Assembly: GCA_014905635.1 (NCBI GenBank)
Contig: JABVCE010000022.1
Location: forward strand, 620,001 to 684,000
Reading direction: 5' to 3'
Length of the DNA stretch: 64,000 nt
DNA from: Scenedesmus sp. PABB004
Lineage: Eukaryota
Shown in pieces: positions 30,589-42,702 of this stretch. Below the pieces are notes generated by a model. The model made no database searches. It was not told the origin of the DNA and worked only from the letters and a program-made list of their open reading frames with translations. Both the position numbers and the translations under genes were made by a program. Numbering within the stretch: position 1 is the stretch's first letter; the number at the start of each line of letters is the position of its first letter.

Positions 30589-30920
30589 TGGCTGTGATGC
30601 CGCGCCGCTCGCTGCGCACGCGTGCTGCGGGGGCGGTGGGGCGAGCCTGCGCACGGTCGGCGCGGCGGCTGTGCCTGGGCGGGCGGGCGGCGCGCGATGG
30701 CGGGCGGGCGGAGGCGGTTGGCTCAAAAAACACCGCCAAAATTGAAACCCGTCACCCGCAGCCTCGCTGCCGGGCGGCGCCGGGCGGCGCGCCGGGCGCG
30801 GCGGTGCACGACAACGCGCGCCACACGCGGCAGCACACCGCCCAGCCCGCGCCCAGCCCGCGCCGCGGCCTGTCCGCGCACGCAACGCACTCCGCCAGCG
30901 CTGCGCACCACGCACGCCCC
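30589..30920. repeat. ~330-bp dispersed repeat, copy 1 (direct repeat with 32631-32966)
   Basis: Near-identical to the second copy, including the core ggcggttggctcaaaaaacaccgccaaaattgaaacccgtcacc. Confidence 0.92.
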
Positions 30921-31114
30921 TGCCCGTGTCCCGGCTGGCGCAGTGTTTGCATCGGTTGGGGGAACGCAAGCGCGCGCGAGCGCCGCGTGGAGGCAGCCAG
31001 CGGCGCGCGGCAGCAGCAGCGCCGCCGCGCTGCGGGCGCCGCCGCGGGCGGCAGGCGCCTGAGGCGGTCCTGTCGCGTGGCGCGACGTGGAGCGTGAAGA
31101 GAAGAACCAGCAGC

Positions 31115-32339
31115 ATGCGTGACCCGCAGCAGGCGCATGCGGGCTGCGAGGCAGCGCCGGCAGAGGGCGCCGCGGATGACAGCGGCGACGAGCACGAGGA
31201 CGGCGACGAGCTGGAGGACGGCGGCAGTGACGCCACGCCCGGCAACAGCGAGGCCGGCAGCAGCGAGGCCGCGCCCGACAGCGAGGACGCGGCCAGCAGC
31301 GCGGACTCGCTGCCGCTCGGCGGCGGCCCGCCGTGGCGGCCGGACCACACGTTCAAGGTGCTGCTCATCGGCGACAGCGGCGTCGGCAAGACCTGCCTCG
31401 TCACTCGCTTCATACGCGACTCCTTCGCGGAGCACCTGCCCTCCACCGTCGGTGCGCGCCCCGCCGCGCGGCAGCGCGCCGCCCCCCGCTCGCCGCGGAG
31501 CGCGCGCCGCGAGCGCCAGGGGCGCGCTGCCGAAGTGCCCGGCGCCCGTGCCCGCCGCGCCGCGCCCTCCAGGCGTTGACTACGCGGTGAAGCGCATGTC
31601 GCTGCACGGCGCGGAGGTCAAGGTCACGATCTGGGACACCGCGGGCCAGGAGCGCTTTCGCGCGCTCACCTCGACCTTTTACCGCGGCGCCAAAGGCATC
31701 ATCTTTGGTGCGACGCCTGCGCCGCCTGCCGCCCGCGGCGGCAGCGGCCGCGCGGCGGGGGCGGCGAGGCTCACCCCGTGCCGCGCGCTGTGCCCCCCCC
31801 CCCCCACACACACACACACAGTCTATGACGTCACGCGGCGCGAGACGCTTGCGAGCCTGGCCGAGTCGTGGATGGATGAGCTGGCCCGCTACGCGCCCCA
31901 CCCCGACGTCGCGCGCATGGTGGTCGCCAACAAGGTCGACCAGGTGCGCGCGCCCAGCCCCCGGGGGCAGCAACAGGGCCGCCGCGCGGGGCGCGGCGCG
32001 CGACACGGGCGGCGGCGAGCGTGCAGCACGCAGCGGCGGCGCCCGCGCGCGGCCGCCGAGCGCCGCGCGCCGCCGCCGCGCCGCGCCCCGCAGCACGAGC
32101 GCCGGCAGGTGAGCTGGGCGGAGGGCGCCGCGTTTGCGCAGGCGCAGGGCTGCCTCTTTGTGGAGACGAGCGCGGCGCAGAACATCGCGGTGGGCGTGGC
32201 GTTTGAGGAGCTCGTGCTGCGCATCCTCGAGACGCCCAGCCTGCTCGTCGGCGCGGACGAGGGCCCCGCGGGCGACGCGCTGCGCCTGGGCGCGCCGCCG
32301 CCGCGCGGCGGGGGCTACGCGCTCTCGTGCAGCTGCTAG
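31115..32339 (+). CDS. Rab GTPase, Rab18/RabC-like, with acidic N-terminal extension; 4 exons
   Basis: [56 protein letters not shown] and the C-terminal CxC prenylation motif (SCSC*). Confidence 0.9.
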
Positions 32340-32630
32340 CTGCAGCAGCGAGCCTGGCCGCGCCGGCGCCGCAGCCTGCGCGCGGGGCGCATGCCCCCGC
32401 CGGCGGCGCCGGGGGCCTGCGCACCCGCCGTGTACAGTACGAGCGAGCACCTGTTTTGGGCGTCGACGCCGCAGCTGCCCCTGTGAACTGAGCAGCGCGC
32501 CGCCGCATTGGCGACTGTCGCGGGTCTGCGGCCTGTCTGTGGGCGCGCTGCGCCGGGCTGATGATGATGACGCTGCGTCCCCTGACGCAGCAGGGGGCTG
32601 GGTGCGGGGTGACAAAAGGGGGCGGGGGCG

Positions 32631-32966
32631 TGGCTGTGATGCCGCGCCGCTGCCTGCGCGCGCGTGCTGCGGGGGCGGTGGGGCGAGCCTGCGCACGGTC
32701 GGCGCGGGGGCTGTGCCTGGGCGGGCGGGCGGCGCGCGACGGCGGGCGGGCGGAGGCGGTTGGCTCAAAAAACACCGCCAAAAATTGAAACCCGTCACCC
32801 GCAGCCTCGCTGCCGGGCGGCGCCGGGCGGCGCGCCGGGCGCGGCGGTGCACGACAACGCGGCCACACGCGGCAGCACACCGCCCAGCCGGCCCGCGCCC
32901 AGCCCGCGCCGCGCGGCCTGTCTGCGCATGCAACGCACTCCGCCAGCGCCGCGCCACGCACGCCCC
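32631..32966. repeat. ~330-bp dispersed repeat, copy 2
   Basis: Near-identical to 30589-30920 in the same orientation. Confidence 0.92.
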
Positions 32967-33174
32967 GTCCTCGCCCGCGCCGTGGCTGGCGCCTCGCCGC
33001 CCGCCGCCAGCCTTCCTACCCTTGGCAGCACTTCCCCCGCCGCAGGTGTTGTGTGGAGGGGTTCACAAGAGATCGTCTGCCAGCGCATCCATGCGGCCTG
33101 CATGCTATGCTCACAGCGCCTTTCCACGCTTCTCTCAACTCGTCCGCCGCTCCTCATTCCGCCAACCTGCAAGG

Positions 33175-34620
33175 TCACGGCCACGCCGCCGCCGCCCGCG
33201 CGCCCAGCGCGCGCGCCCACGGCGGCAGCGCAGCGCGCAGCGTGTCGAGCAGCGCCAGGAGGTCGGGCCAGAACCACAGGTCGGCCGTGGTGCCCAGGCA
33301 GAGCAGCACCGCAAGCAGCGCCACGCGCGGGTGCAGGGCCAGGCCCGCCGCCGCCGCGCGGCGGCGCAGCGCGCCCTCGGCCGCCAGCAGCGCGCCCTGG
33401 GCGCTGAAGAACAGCAGCCAGCGCCCGCCGGGGCGGCGCAGCACGTAGAACAGAAACAGCTCGTGCTCCAGGCCGCTCCAGATAAACGTGGCGGCCGCGG
33501 CCGCCTGGCGGCGCCAGCGCGGCGGCGCCGCGCCGGCGCCGCCGCGCTCGTCGGCCGTGCGCACGAGGCGGCCGGTGGCGATGGGCTCGTACACCAGCGC
33601 GCGCAGCACCAGGCCCTGCGTGATGTTCCAGCTGCGAGGCGGCGGCGGGCGGCGCGCGCGTGGGCGCCCGCTGACCAGCTGGTCAGGCCGGCCCCGCCGG
33701 CCCCGGCACTCACCGCCGCGCCCAAAAGTCTGTCAGGGAGGTCGCGGCCAAGGGGTTGACAAAGTGTGGCGCGAGCGGCAGCCCCAGGCGCGCCGCGGGT
33801 TCCGACACGGCGCGCATGACGCAGCTGCGGGGGGCGGGGGGGGGGGGGGGCACGGCGTGCGCGTTGGCCGCCCGCGGGCGCCCGACGCGGCGCGCGGGGG
33901 TGGTCAGCGGGCGCGCGCGCGCGCGTCACCTCATGCCCGCCCACATCGCCGTCAGGCCGCCGAGCTGCGCCGCGACGACCGCCGTGCGGTGCGGCGAGCG
34001 CGCGCTGTGCGCCGCAAACGCCAGCACGACGGCGGCGTTGAGCGCGGCGTTGGCCGCCCGCCGGCGCCGCGGCCCGCCTGGCGGCTGCCGCGCTGGCGCG
34101 CCACTGGTGCTGCCGCCCGCGCCCGGCCGCGGCACGCCGTCCAGCGAGCTGCGCGGAGCCTCGGGCGCGGTCGCTTGCCAGCGCGCCGAGCCGCCCGCGC
34201 GCTGCGCCTCGGGCACGAACGGCGAGAGCGCCACCAGCACGAACTGGACAGCGCTCAGCGGCAGCGTCAGCGCGCCGCGGCCGAGCGCGAAGGCCAGGAC
34301 CTGCGCGCGCAGCGGGCGGCGGCGGGCAGCGCGCGACCGGTCGCGCGCTGCGGCGCAGCGCCCGCCTGCGCGTGCCGCGCCTGGCCGCGCGCCTTGGCCG
34401 AGGTCAGGCGCACGGTCATGAAAGCGGCGACGAGCACCGCGAGCGGCTCCGACGCGGCGTCACACAGCAGCGGCACGGCGTGCACGAGGAGCAGCGCCGG
34501 CAAGCACGCCGCGAGCCGCGCGCCGCCGGGCGCGAGCTGCCGCGCCACGGCCCACAGGTACACGGCTGCCGCGTCACAGAGGAGCACCGCGGCGGCGCCG
34601 CGCAGCGCCCAGTGCAGCAT
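33175..34620 (-). CDS. MBOAT wax-synthase-like acyltransferase, multi-exon
   Basis: PHFVNPLAATSLTDFWARR|WNITQGLVLRALVYEP, ATFIWSGLEHELFLFY (catalytic His) and multiple TM helices. Confidence 0.85.
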
Positions 34621-34868
34621 CGCCGCGATCAGCGCGTGCTGATGTCGCGGCCGGCGGCGCGCGTCGGCGCGGCCGTCCCAGAGCGCGGGCTGGACTCGAG
34701 ACTGAGCGGAGGGGACTCGAGGGAGGGCGGACAAGGGCGAGGACCATGTGTTACGCGCGGCTCAACGCGCCCGACCGCTCGCTCGCCCGCCCGGGCCGCC
34801 GGCGGCGCGCGGCGCGCGGCGCGCGGCGCGGGCGCGGGACGTGCGGGCCGGGCAACAGGGGCCAGCAG

Positions 34869-37061
34869 CTAGCGGCGCGCCCCCGCCGGCGCCTCGTCCT
34901 GCTCGTCGTAGCTCGGGTCCACCGCGCCGAGCATGAGCTTGACCAGCCACATCTCGGGCGACAGCACCACGCCCTTGGCCGCGTACTCGGCCGCCTCCAG
35001 CTCAAAGTAGCTGCGAGCCGGCGGCGGCGGCGGCGCGCGTGTGTGGGGCGGCGGCGTGGGGCGGTGGCGCCGCCCGACCTGCGCGCGCCGCGCATGCGCG
35101 CCCTCTCGCGCGGCAGCCCGCACCTCGTGCAGTCAATCATGCCGCCCACGACGGGGTGCGCGTCGAGCGCCGCGAGGAACGCCTGCGCGCGGGCGTCCTT
35201 GCCGACCTGCGGCGGCGACACACGCGCGTCGCGGGCAGCGCGCGGCTTGGTGAGCGCGGTGAGCGCGGTGAGCGAGACCGCGGCGGCACCGCCACAGCCG
35301 CGCGGGCCGGCGCATGTGTGTGTGCAGGCGGCAGCCGCGCGCGCCTGCGCAAACTCAAAGGCCACCGCCTTGGGGCCGTGCGACGCCGCCAGGCGCGCGC
35401 GGCAGTCCTTGATCACCTGCGGCGGGCGCACAGCCCTCAGCTGCGCCGCGCGTGCGCTGGCCGCCCGCCGGCGGCCGGCTCGGCGCCCGCGGGCGCTCCC
35501 CCCGCGCCGCCGCGGCGCGCCGCACCGAGGCGACCGCGTCGCGGGGGTTGTCGGTCGGCTCGCCGTCAGTGATGACGATCACCAGCACCGGCTTGGCCAG
35601 GCCCCCGGTGCTGGCCAGCGCGTACACGATCGGCGACAGCACCTTGGACTCGAGCGCGGCCGCGAGGGGCGTGAGGCCCGCGTAGCTCACGCCCGCGAGC
35701 AGCGCCGACACGTCCGCCGCGGAGCTGCGCCGGTCGGTCACCGGCGCGGCGCGGGGGCGGGTGGGCCGGCGCGCGGGTGGGCCGGCGGTGGCTCGCGGCC
35801 GTGGCGGCGCGGCGCCGCATGCGCAGCTGCCGCAGCCCCCTCCCCGCGCACCGCACGGCGTTGCCCTGCAGGGGGCTGTTGAGGAAGCGCACGAGGATGC
35901 CGTCCTCGTCAAACAGCGTGGCCACCTCGGACACCTGCGCGCAGGCGGCGCGGCACGCGGGCAGACAGGGCGGGCGGGCGGGTGGCGCGTGGTCATGCGG
36001 CCGCGCTGCGTGCACGCTGCGTGTGGGGCTGTGTTGCCCGTGCTGCGCGTGCGCTGCGCTGTGTGCGCGCTGTGCTGCGCGCGCTGTGTGCGCTGTGGAC
36101 CTTGGCGGCGATGAGCTTCAGGTCCTCGATGCGCTCCCCGCCCTCCTCAAACGCCATCGACCCTGCCGCGCGGGCCGGCGCGCGCGCGCGGCGCGGGGTG
36201 TGACGCACGGGCCGCGCGGGCGGGCGGGGCGGCGCGCGGCTCCGCGCGGCCGGGCGGTGCGGCCGCCTGGCCCTCCGGCGGGCGGGTTGGCGGGCGAGCG
36301 CCGCGCGCACCCGAGTCGTCGGCGAGCAGCACCACGTCGTACAGCGCCAGCGCCGACAGGTCGAGCGCGAGCTCCACCGGCATGCGCCAGCGCGCGGCGA
36401 GCGCGCGAAAGTCGACGCGCGCGTCGAGGCGCGCCGCGACCTCGGCCACGCGAGCAGGGGGGTAGAAGCGGTGAAGCTCATTGGCCGCCACGATCGACGT
36501 CAGGCGGGCCTGGATGGCGCCGCCCATGCCGCCGGGCGCGCCGCCGGGCGCGCCGCCGGGCGGCGCGGGCTGCTGCTGGAGCGGCGGCGCCTGCGCCGGC
36601 GGCGCCGCGCCGGGGAAGCCGCCCCCGCCAGAGGCCTGGCCGTAGGTCGGCGGCGCGCCCTGGGCGGGCGGGTAGGTTGGCGGCGCCTGGCCGTATGCGG
36701 CCTGGCCGTGCGGCGCGCCCTGGGCGGGCGGGTAGGCCGGAGGCGCCTGACCGTATGCAGGCGCCTGGCCCGGCGCCGGCGCGCCCTGGAAGGCCTGCGG
36801 CGCCTGGCCGTAGGGCGCGGGCAGCGCCTGGCCGTAGGGCGCGGGTGGCGCCTGGCCGTGCAGCGCGCCCTGGGCCGGCGGGTAGGCCGGGGGCGCCTGA
36901 CCGTACGGCGCGGGCGGCGGCGGCGCGCCCTGGAAGGTCTGCGGCGCCTGGCCGTAGGGCGCGGGCGGTGCCGGCGCGCCGCCGGGCGCGGCGCCAAGCG
37001 GCGGCGCTGACGGCAACGGGCCGCCGGCACCGGCGGCCTGGAGCTTGGAGGCGAGGCCCAT
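34869..37061 (-). CDS. vWA-domain protein with Pro/Gln/Tyr-repeat N-terminus, paralog A
   Basis: MGLASKL start, APYGQAPP repeats, YDVVLLADDSGSM (MIDAS DxSxS), VIVITDGEP and FAQVGKD..AQAFL. Confidence 0.85.
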
Positions 37062-37494
37062 TCTGCAGCCGGCCGAGCGGAGCGTGCCTGCTCGGCGCAT
37101 GCGCGAGGAAGCAGCGGCGCAGCAGCAGCGGCTGTCAGCGCGGCCGCTCCGTCCCTGCCAGCTTGCGTTTTGCGCCACGGGCGCCGCCTCGACCGCACCT
37201 GGCGGGCGCTGGGGGCTCGTCGGTGGCGCCGCTGCAGCGGCGGGCTGCGGCGTGCGCTGGCGCTGCTGCGCGGTGCGGGCTGGCGGCGGGCGCGGGGCAG
37301 AGGAGCGTGTGGCGTGGAGAGGCGCGCCTCGCGGGCGCCTCGCGAGCTGCAGCTGAAGCGCGGCAGCTGCGCCGCATGAGCCCAAGAGTTTGGCTCGCAG
37401 CTCCCCGCGCCCATGCGCACGTCCCACGCCGACGCCTCGCCGCACCCCGGGCACGCCTCGCGCCGCACCCCGGGCACGCCTCGCGCCAGCAGCC

Positions 37495-39203
37495 ATGGGC
37501 CTCGCGTCGGCGCTCGCGGCGCAGCAGGCGGGCGCGCCGCCTCCGGCGCAGGCGCCGCCGCCGCAGGGCTACGGCTACGCCCAGCAGCAGCAGCCCCAAC
37601 AGGGCTACGCCTACCAGCAGCCGCCGCAGGGCTACGCGCCAGCGCCAGCGGCAGCAGCAGCGGAGGCTGCGGTCGCGGCCAAGCTCGCCAGCATCGTGTC
37701 GGCCAATGAGCTTCACCGCTTCTACTCCCCTGCTCGCGTGGCCGAGGTCGCGGCGCGCCTCGACGCGCGCGTCGACTTTCGTGCGCTCGCCGCGCGCTGG
37801 CGCATGCCGGTGGAGCTCGCGCTCGACCTGTCGGCGCTGGCGCTGTACGACGTGGTTGTCTTCGCCGACGACTCAGGTGGGGTGCCAGGGTGGTGCAGCG
37901 CTCAGGCGCCGCGCCGCGCGCGCGCACGCCTGTCGACGCCAGGCGGAGGGGCGCGGCGCGCCGCGCGCCCACGCGCCGCGCGCACACCACGCCAGGGTCG
38001 ATGGAGAGCGACGGCGGCGAGCGCATCGCCGACCTGAAGCTCATCCTGGGCAAGGTCGCCGAGGTGGCCACACTGTTTGACGACGACGGCATCGCGCTGC
38101 GCTTCATCAACAGCAACGCACAGGGCGACGGCCTGCGCGACGCGGCGGCCGCGGCCGCGCTGCTGGACCGCCTCGAGTACCGCTGGGACACCAAGGCGCG
38201 CGGGGGGGGGGGGGGGGGGGAGCAGCAGACAAGGGCGCTGTGCGCGGCCGGCAGAGACGCGGGGCGCGGCGGCGCCGCGCGCGCGCCGCGGCGCCGCACG
38301 CGGCCGAGGCGCCGCCGCCCGCCGCCCGCACACGCGCGCACACACACGCGCGCGCACACTTGTCAGATCGCGGCCAACATGGAGGCCAAGGTGCTGCGCC
38401 CGTTCACGTACGACGTGGCGATGGCCAAGCCGCTGCTCGTCATCACCATCACCGACGGCGAGCCGAGCGATAACCCGCGCGACGCGATCGTGGGGACCAT
38501 CCTCGCCGCGCGGCGCCGCCTCGAGCCGCGCTACGGCCCCGGCGCGGTCGCCTTTGCGTTTGCGCAGGCGCGGCGCACAGCGCGCACCCGCAGCGCGCGG
38601 TGCGCCGGCGCGGCCGCCCGCCCGGCGCCTGCGGCTGCGCGGCCGCTGCCGCGCTCACGGCGCGCTGCCCGCGATGCGCGACGCATTGCCGCAGGTCGGT
38701 AAGGACCGTGACGCGCAGGCGTTCCTCGCGGCGCTCGACGCGCACCCCGTCGTGGGCGGCATGATCGACTGCACGAGGTGCGCGCTGCCGCGCGAGAGGG
38801 CGCGCATGCGCCGCGCGCGCAGGTCGGGCGGCGCCACCACCACCCCACGCCGCCGCCCCCACGCGCGCCGCCGCCGCCGGCTCGCAGCTACTTTGAGCTG
38901 GAGGCGGCCGAGTACGCGGCCAAGGGCGTGGTGCTGTCGCCCGAGATGTGGCTGGTCAAGCTCATGCTCGGCGCGGTGGACCCGAGCTACGACGAGCAGG
39001 ACGAGGCGCCGGCGGCGGCGGGGCAGCACCACGCCGCTCCAGCTGGCGGCGCGCCCGGCTGGCCGCCGCAGCGCCACGCTGCCGCTGGCGGCGCGCAGGG
39101 CTGGCCGCACCACGCCGCCGCGCCGCCCGGCGGCGGCTACTACGCGGCGGCGGCCCAGGGCCAGAAGAAGAAGAAGGGCTTCCTGAAGTCGCTGTTCAGC
39201 TGA
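37495..39203 (+). CDS. vWA-domain protein, paralog B (divergently oriented duplicate)
   Basis: MGLASAL start, QGY repeats, YDVVVFADDSGSM, ITITDGEP, FAQVGKD and C-terminal KKKKGFLKSLFS. GC donors at 38196 and 38568. Confidence 0.85.
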
Positions 39204-39443
39204 GCGCCAGGAGAGGGGCTGCGCGTCGGCGGCGCGCTGCGCACCGCGGGGCGCGTGTCAAGTTGAACCGCTGGGACTGCGCCGCCACGCCCAGGCGCTC
39301 CGACACGTCGTTACAGTGTCGCCGCCCCTCCCGCACGGCCCCCGCACAGCTCCGCGCGGCGCAGCGACGCGGCAGCAGCGACTCGCGGCTGCAGCGCCGC
39401 GGCCGCTGGCGCCGCTGCCGCGACCGCGGAGCGCGTGCACACC

Positions 39444-42400
39444 ATGCGCGCACGGCTGTCGCACTCTCGCGGCCGCGACGGCGCGGCCGGCCGCCCGGCG
39501 CCCGCGCGCCGGGCGCGGCAGCAGCGCGGCGCGCGGCGGACGGTGCTGCTGCGCGCGGCGTCGCGTGAGCCGCCGCCGCGCGATGACGCGCTCGCCGCGC
39601 TGGGCCAGCGTGCAGCGGCGGGAGCGGCGGCGGCGGTGGTGGGCCTGTCGGCGCTGCTGGCGCCGCCGGCGCTGGGCCACGAGGCGCACGCGCCGGAGCG
39701 CCTCGGCGCCGCGCCCGGCACGGCGGCGAGCCGCTTCCACTGCACGCCGCTCACGTCGCAGCAGCGGGCCGACTACTTTGACCTGCGCGGCTTCACGCAC
39801 CCGTGCGCGGGGGACGGGCGCGCGCACCCACCGGGCCCCGCGGCGCGGCCCCAGTGCACGCGCGTGCCGGTCGCGCGCGTGCGGCCTCGCGCGCACGACA
39901 TGCGGCGCCGCCGCTCACGCCGGCGGCACCGCGGGGCCCGCCCCGCAGGATCCGGACGTCGTCGCCCCTCGCGCAGCGCCTGTTTGACCAGGGCCTGCTG
40001 CTGGCGTGGGACTTCAACCACCCCGAGGCGCTGCGGGCGTTCCGGGCGGGGCTGGAGGCCGACCCGCACGCGCCGATGCTGCACTTCGGCGTGGTGCGCG
40101 CGCGGGCTGGCGCCGCCGGCGGCGCCGGCGTCGGCACGCGCGGCGCGCTGCCGGCCGCCCGCGCGGACGCCGGCGCGCGGCGCGCGGCCCGCTGAGCACA
40201 CCGTCCCCGCCCGCCGCGGCGCGCCGCGCCAGGCGCTGTCGCTGGGGCCATACGCCAACGTCGTGTGGGGCGCCGCGCCGCCCGACGGCTCCTTCCCGGT
40301 CGTAACGCCCAGCGAGCTGGCGGCCGCGCAGGCGGCGGCTGCGGCGGGCGGCGCCGAGGCGCGCGCCGCGGCCGCCGCGGCGCCCGGCGACCCGCGCGCC
40401 GCGGCCGAGGCGGCGTACCTGGCCGCGGCGGAGCGGCTCTGGGGCAGCGTGGCGTCGTCGGACGACCCCGCCTTCACGCCCGCGCTGGCGCGGTACGCGG
40501 AGGACCTGGAGGTGCGCGGGGGCGGGGGAGGGGGGAGGGGCCGGGCGGGGCCCGCGGGGGCGGGAGAAGGGCCGGCAGGCCAGGCCGCGTGGCGCTGATG
40601 CTGCGCACGCGCGCGCAGGCCATCGCGGCGGCGGCGCAGCCGGGCGGCGACGCGGACGCGTGGGCGCTCGCTGCCGAGGCGCGCATGAACACAAGCCCCT
40701 GGGAACACTGGGCGGGTGCGGCGCGCTGCGCTGCGCCCCCGCCGCGCGCGCGCCGGCCCGCCACACCCCGCGCCCGCCAGCGCGCCGACCCGCCCGCGGC
40801 CCCCGCCCCGCCCGCGCCCGCCGACCCGCCCACGGCCCGCGCCCGCGCCCGCGCCGGCGCAGGCCCGCTCGGCCGGCGCCGGCCGCTGCACCCCGACAGC
40901 GTGGAGCTGCCCGCGCTGCGCGACATCGCGGCCGCGCTCGCGGCGCGGCCGGGGCACCCGCTCGCGGCGCACCTGCTGATCCACCTCACAGAGGGCGGCA
41001 CGCCCGGCAGCGCGCGCGACGTGCCCGCGCTCCCCGGCTTTGCAGGTGGGGCAGCGCGCGGCGCCGTGCCCGCCCGCACCGCGGCCCGCGCCGCCGCCCG
41101 GCCCGGCCTCACGGCCCCGCCCGCGCCGCAGCGGCCGGCGAGCCGGGTGCGGACGCGCTCGCGGGGCCGCCGGTGGGCCCCGGCGGCGACCGCACCTCGC
41201 CGGCATGGCCCGGCATGGGACACCTGATCCACATGCCCAGCCACACCTTTCTGCGCGTGGGACGCTGGCACGACGCCGTGGTCAGCAACAGCCTGGCGCT
41301 GGCAGCGGACGAGGCACAGGCAGGCGTGTGTGTCGCTCCGTACATGCCCGGTGCGAGCGCGCGGCCGCGGGGCGCGCGCCCACCGGCCAGCCGCCGCCCT
41401 CACCCCTCTCCCCCGCCCCTTGCGCTGCCGCGCCGCGCGCCCGCTCCGCCAGGCCACAACGCCGCGCTGCTCCAGTTTGCTGCGGGCATGAGCGGCGAGC
41501 TGGACGCGGCGCGCGCGCTCGCGCGCCGCATGGTGGACTTCCCAGAGACCTTCGGCCCCGACAACATGAGCGACGGTGACTCACGCCCCCACGCCCCCGC
41601 GCGCGCGCCGCGCCGCGCGCGCGTGCGCTGCCGCCGCCGGCGGCCGCCGAGGCGAGGCGCCGCGCGCCGCCGCACGCAGGGCGCGAGCGCGCGACGCTGC
41701 CCCTGCTGCTCGCCCGCTTTGCGCGCTGGGACGAGCTCGCCGCGGCGGCCGTGCCGGATGCGTTTGACTACACACGCGACGGCGTGATGCTCCCGCCCGG
41801 CGCCGACACGTTCAACGACGGCGTCCTGCACTACAGCCGCGCGCTGGTCGCGGCCGCGCGCGCCGCGCGCGCCCCCGACGGTGCGGGTGCGTGCTGCGCG
41901 CGGGCGCCGCCGCCGCCGCCGCCGCGGCCGGCCCGCGCGCCGGCGCCGCCCGGCCGAGCAGCGCCCGCCCCCGGCCGGCCCAGGCGCGGCGCGCGACGCG
42001 CTGGAGCGTGAGCTTGCGGCCGAGGCGCGCGCGCTGGCCGCCGCGGTGGCGGCCACGCCGCCCGACCCCGTCACGCGCCCCGGGCCGGGCCTGGGCATCT
42101 ACTCGCCTGGCTTCAACGCCCTCGGCCGCATTGAGCTGCAGGTCGGCGGCGCACGGCGAGCGCGCGGCGCCCCCGCGGCGCCCCCGCCGCCAGCGGCTGT
42201 GAGCGGCTCGCCGCCCGCGCCGCCGCCCCTGCCGCCTCCGCCAGGTCGTGCGCGCGCGGCAGGCGGTGCTGCGGCGCGACTGGGGCGGCGCGGCGGCCGC
42301 GCTGCGCGCAGCTGTGGCGGTCGACGACGGCCTGGGCTACACAGAGCCTCCCAGGCAGACGCAGCCCCTTCGGCAGTGCCTCGGCTGGGTGCTCCTGCAG

Positions 42401-42702
42401 GCCGGCCGCCTGGGCGAGGCGGAGCAGGCGTACCGCGCGGACCTGGCGGAGCTGCCGCGCAACCCCTGGTCCCTGCGGGGGCTGCAGCAGGTGTACAGCA
42501 GGCAGGGCCCGGCGTCGGCCGCCAAGCTGCAGCAGGTGCGGCGCGCGCGTGCTCGCGGCGCGGCGGGCGGCTGGTCTGCGTCGCCGGTTGGGAGGCTGAC
42601 GGCTGCCGCCGGCCGCAGGTCACGGCCGACCTGGCGGAGGCGTGGGCACACGCAGACGAGGGGCTGCCGCTCAACACCAGCTGCCCCGCGCTGTCCGACT
42701 GA
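39444..42702 (+). CDS. TPR-repeat protein of a bacterial/fungal-type family, with plastid-like targeting leader; multi-exon
   Basis: PIRTSSPLAQRLFDQGLLLAWDFNHPEALRAF, HLLIHL, GHLIHMPSHTFLRVGRWHDAV, YTEPP and EAEQAYRADL..PRNPWSLRGL. Confidence 0.75.

Noticed and set aside
30715..30760. Calling the direct-repeat core a spliceosomal snRNA
   Set aside because: It lacks the U1 5' end, the U2 branch-pairing sequence and the U5 loop I. Kept only as an unclassified repeat.
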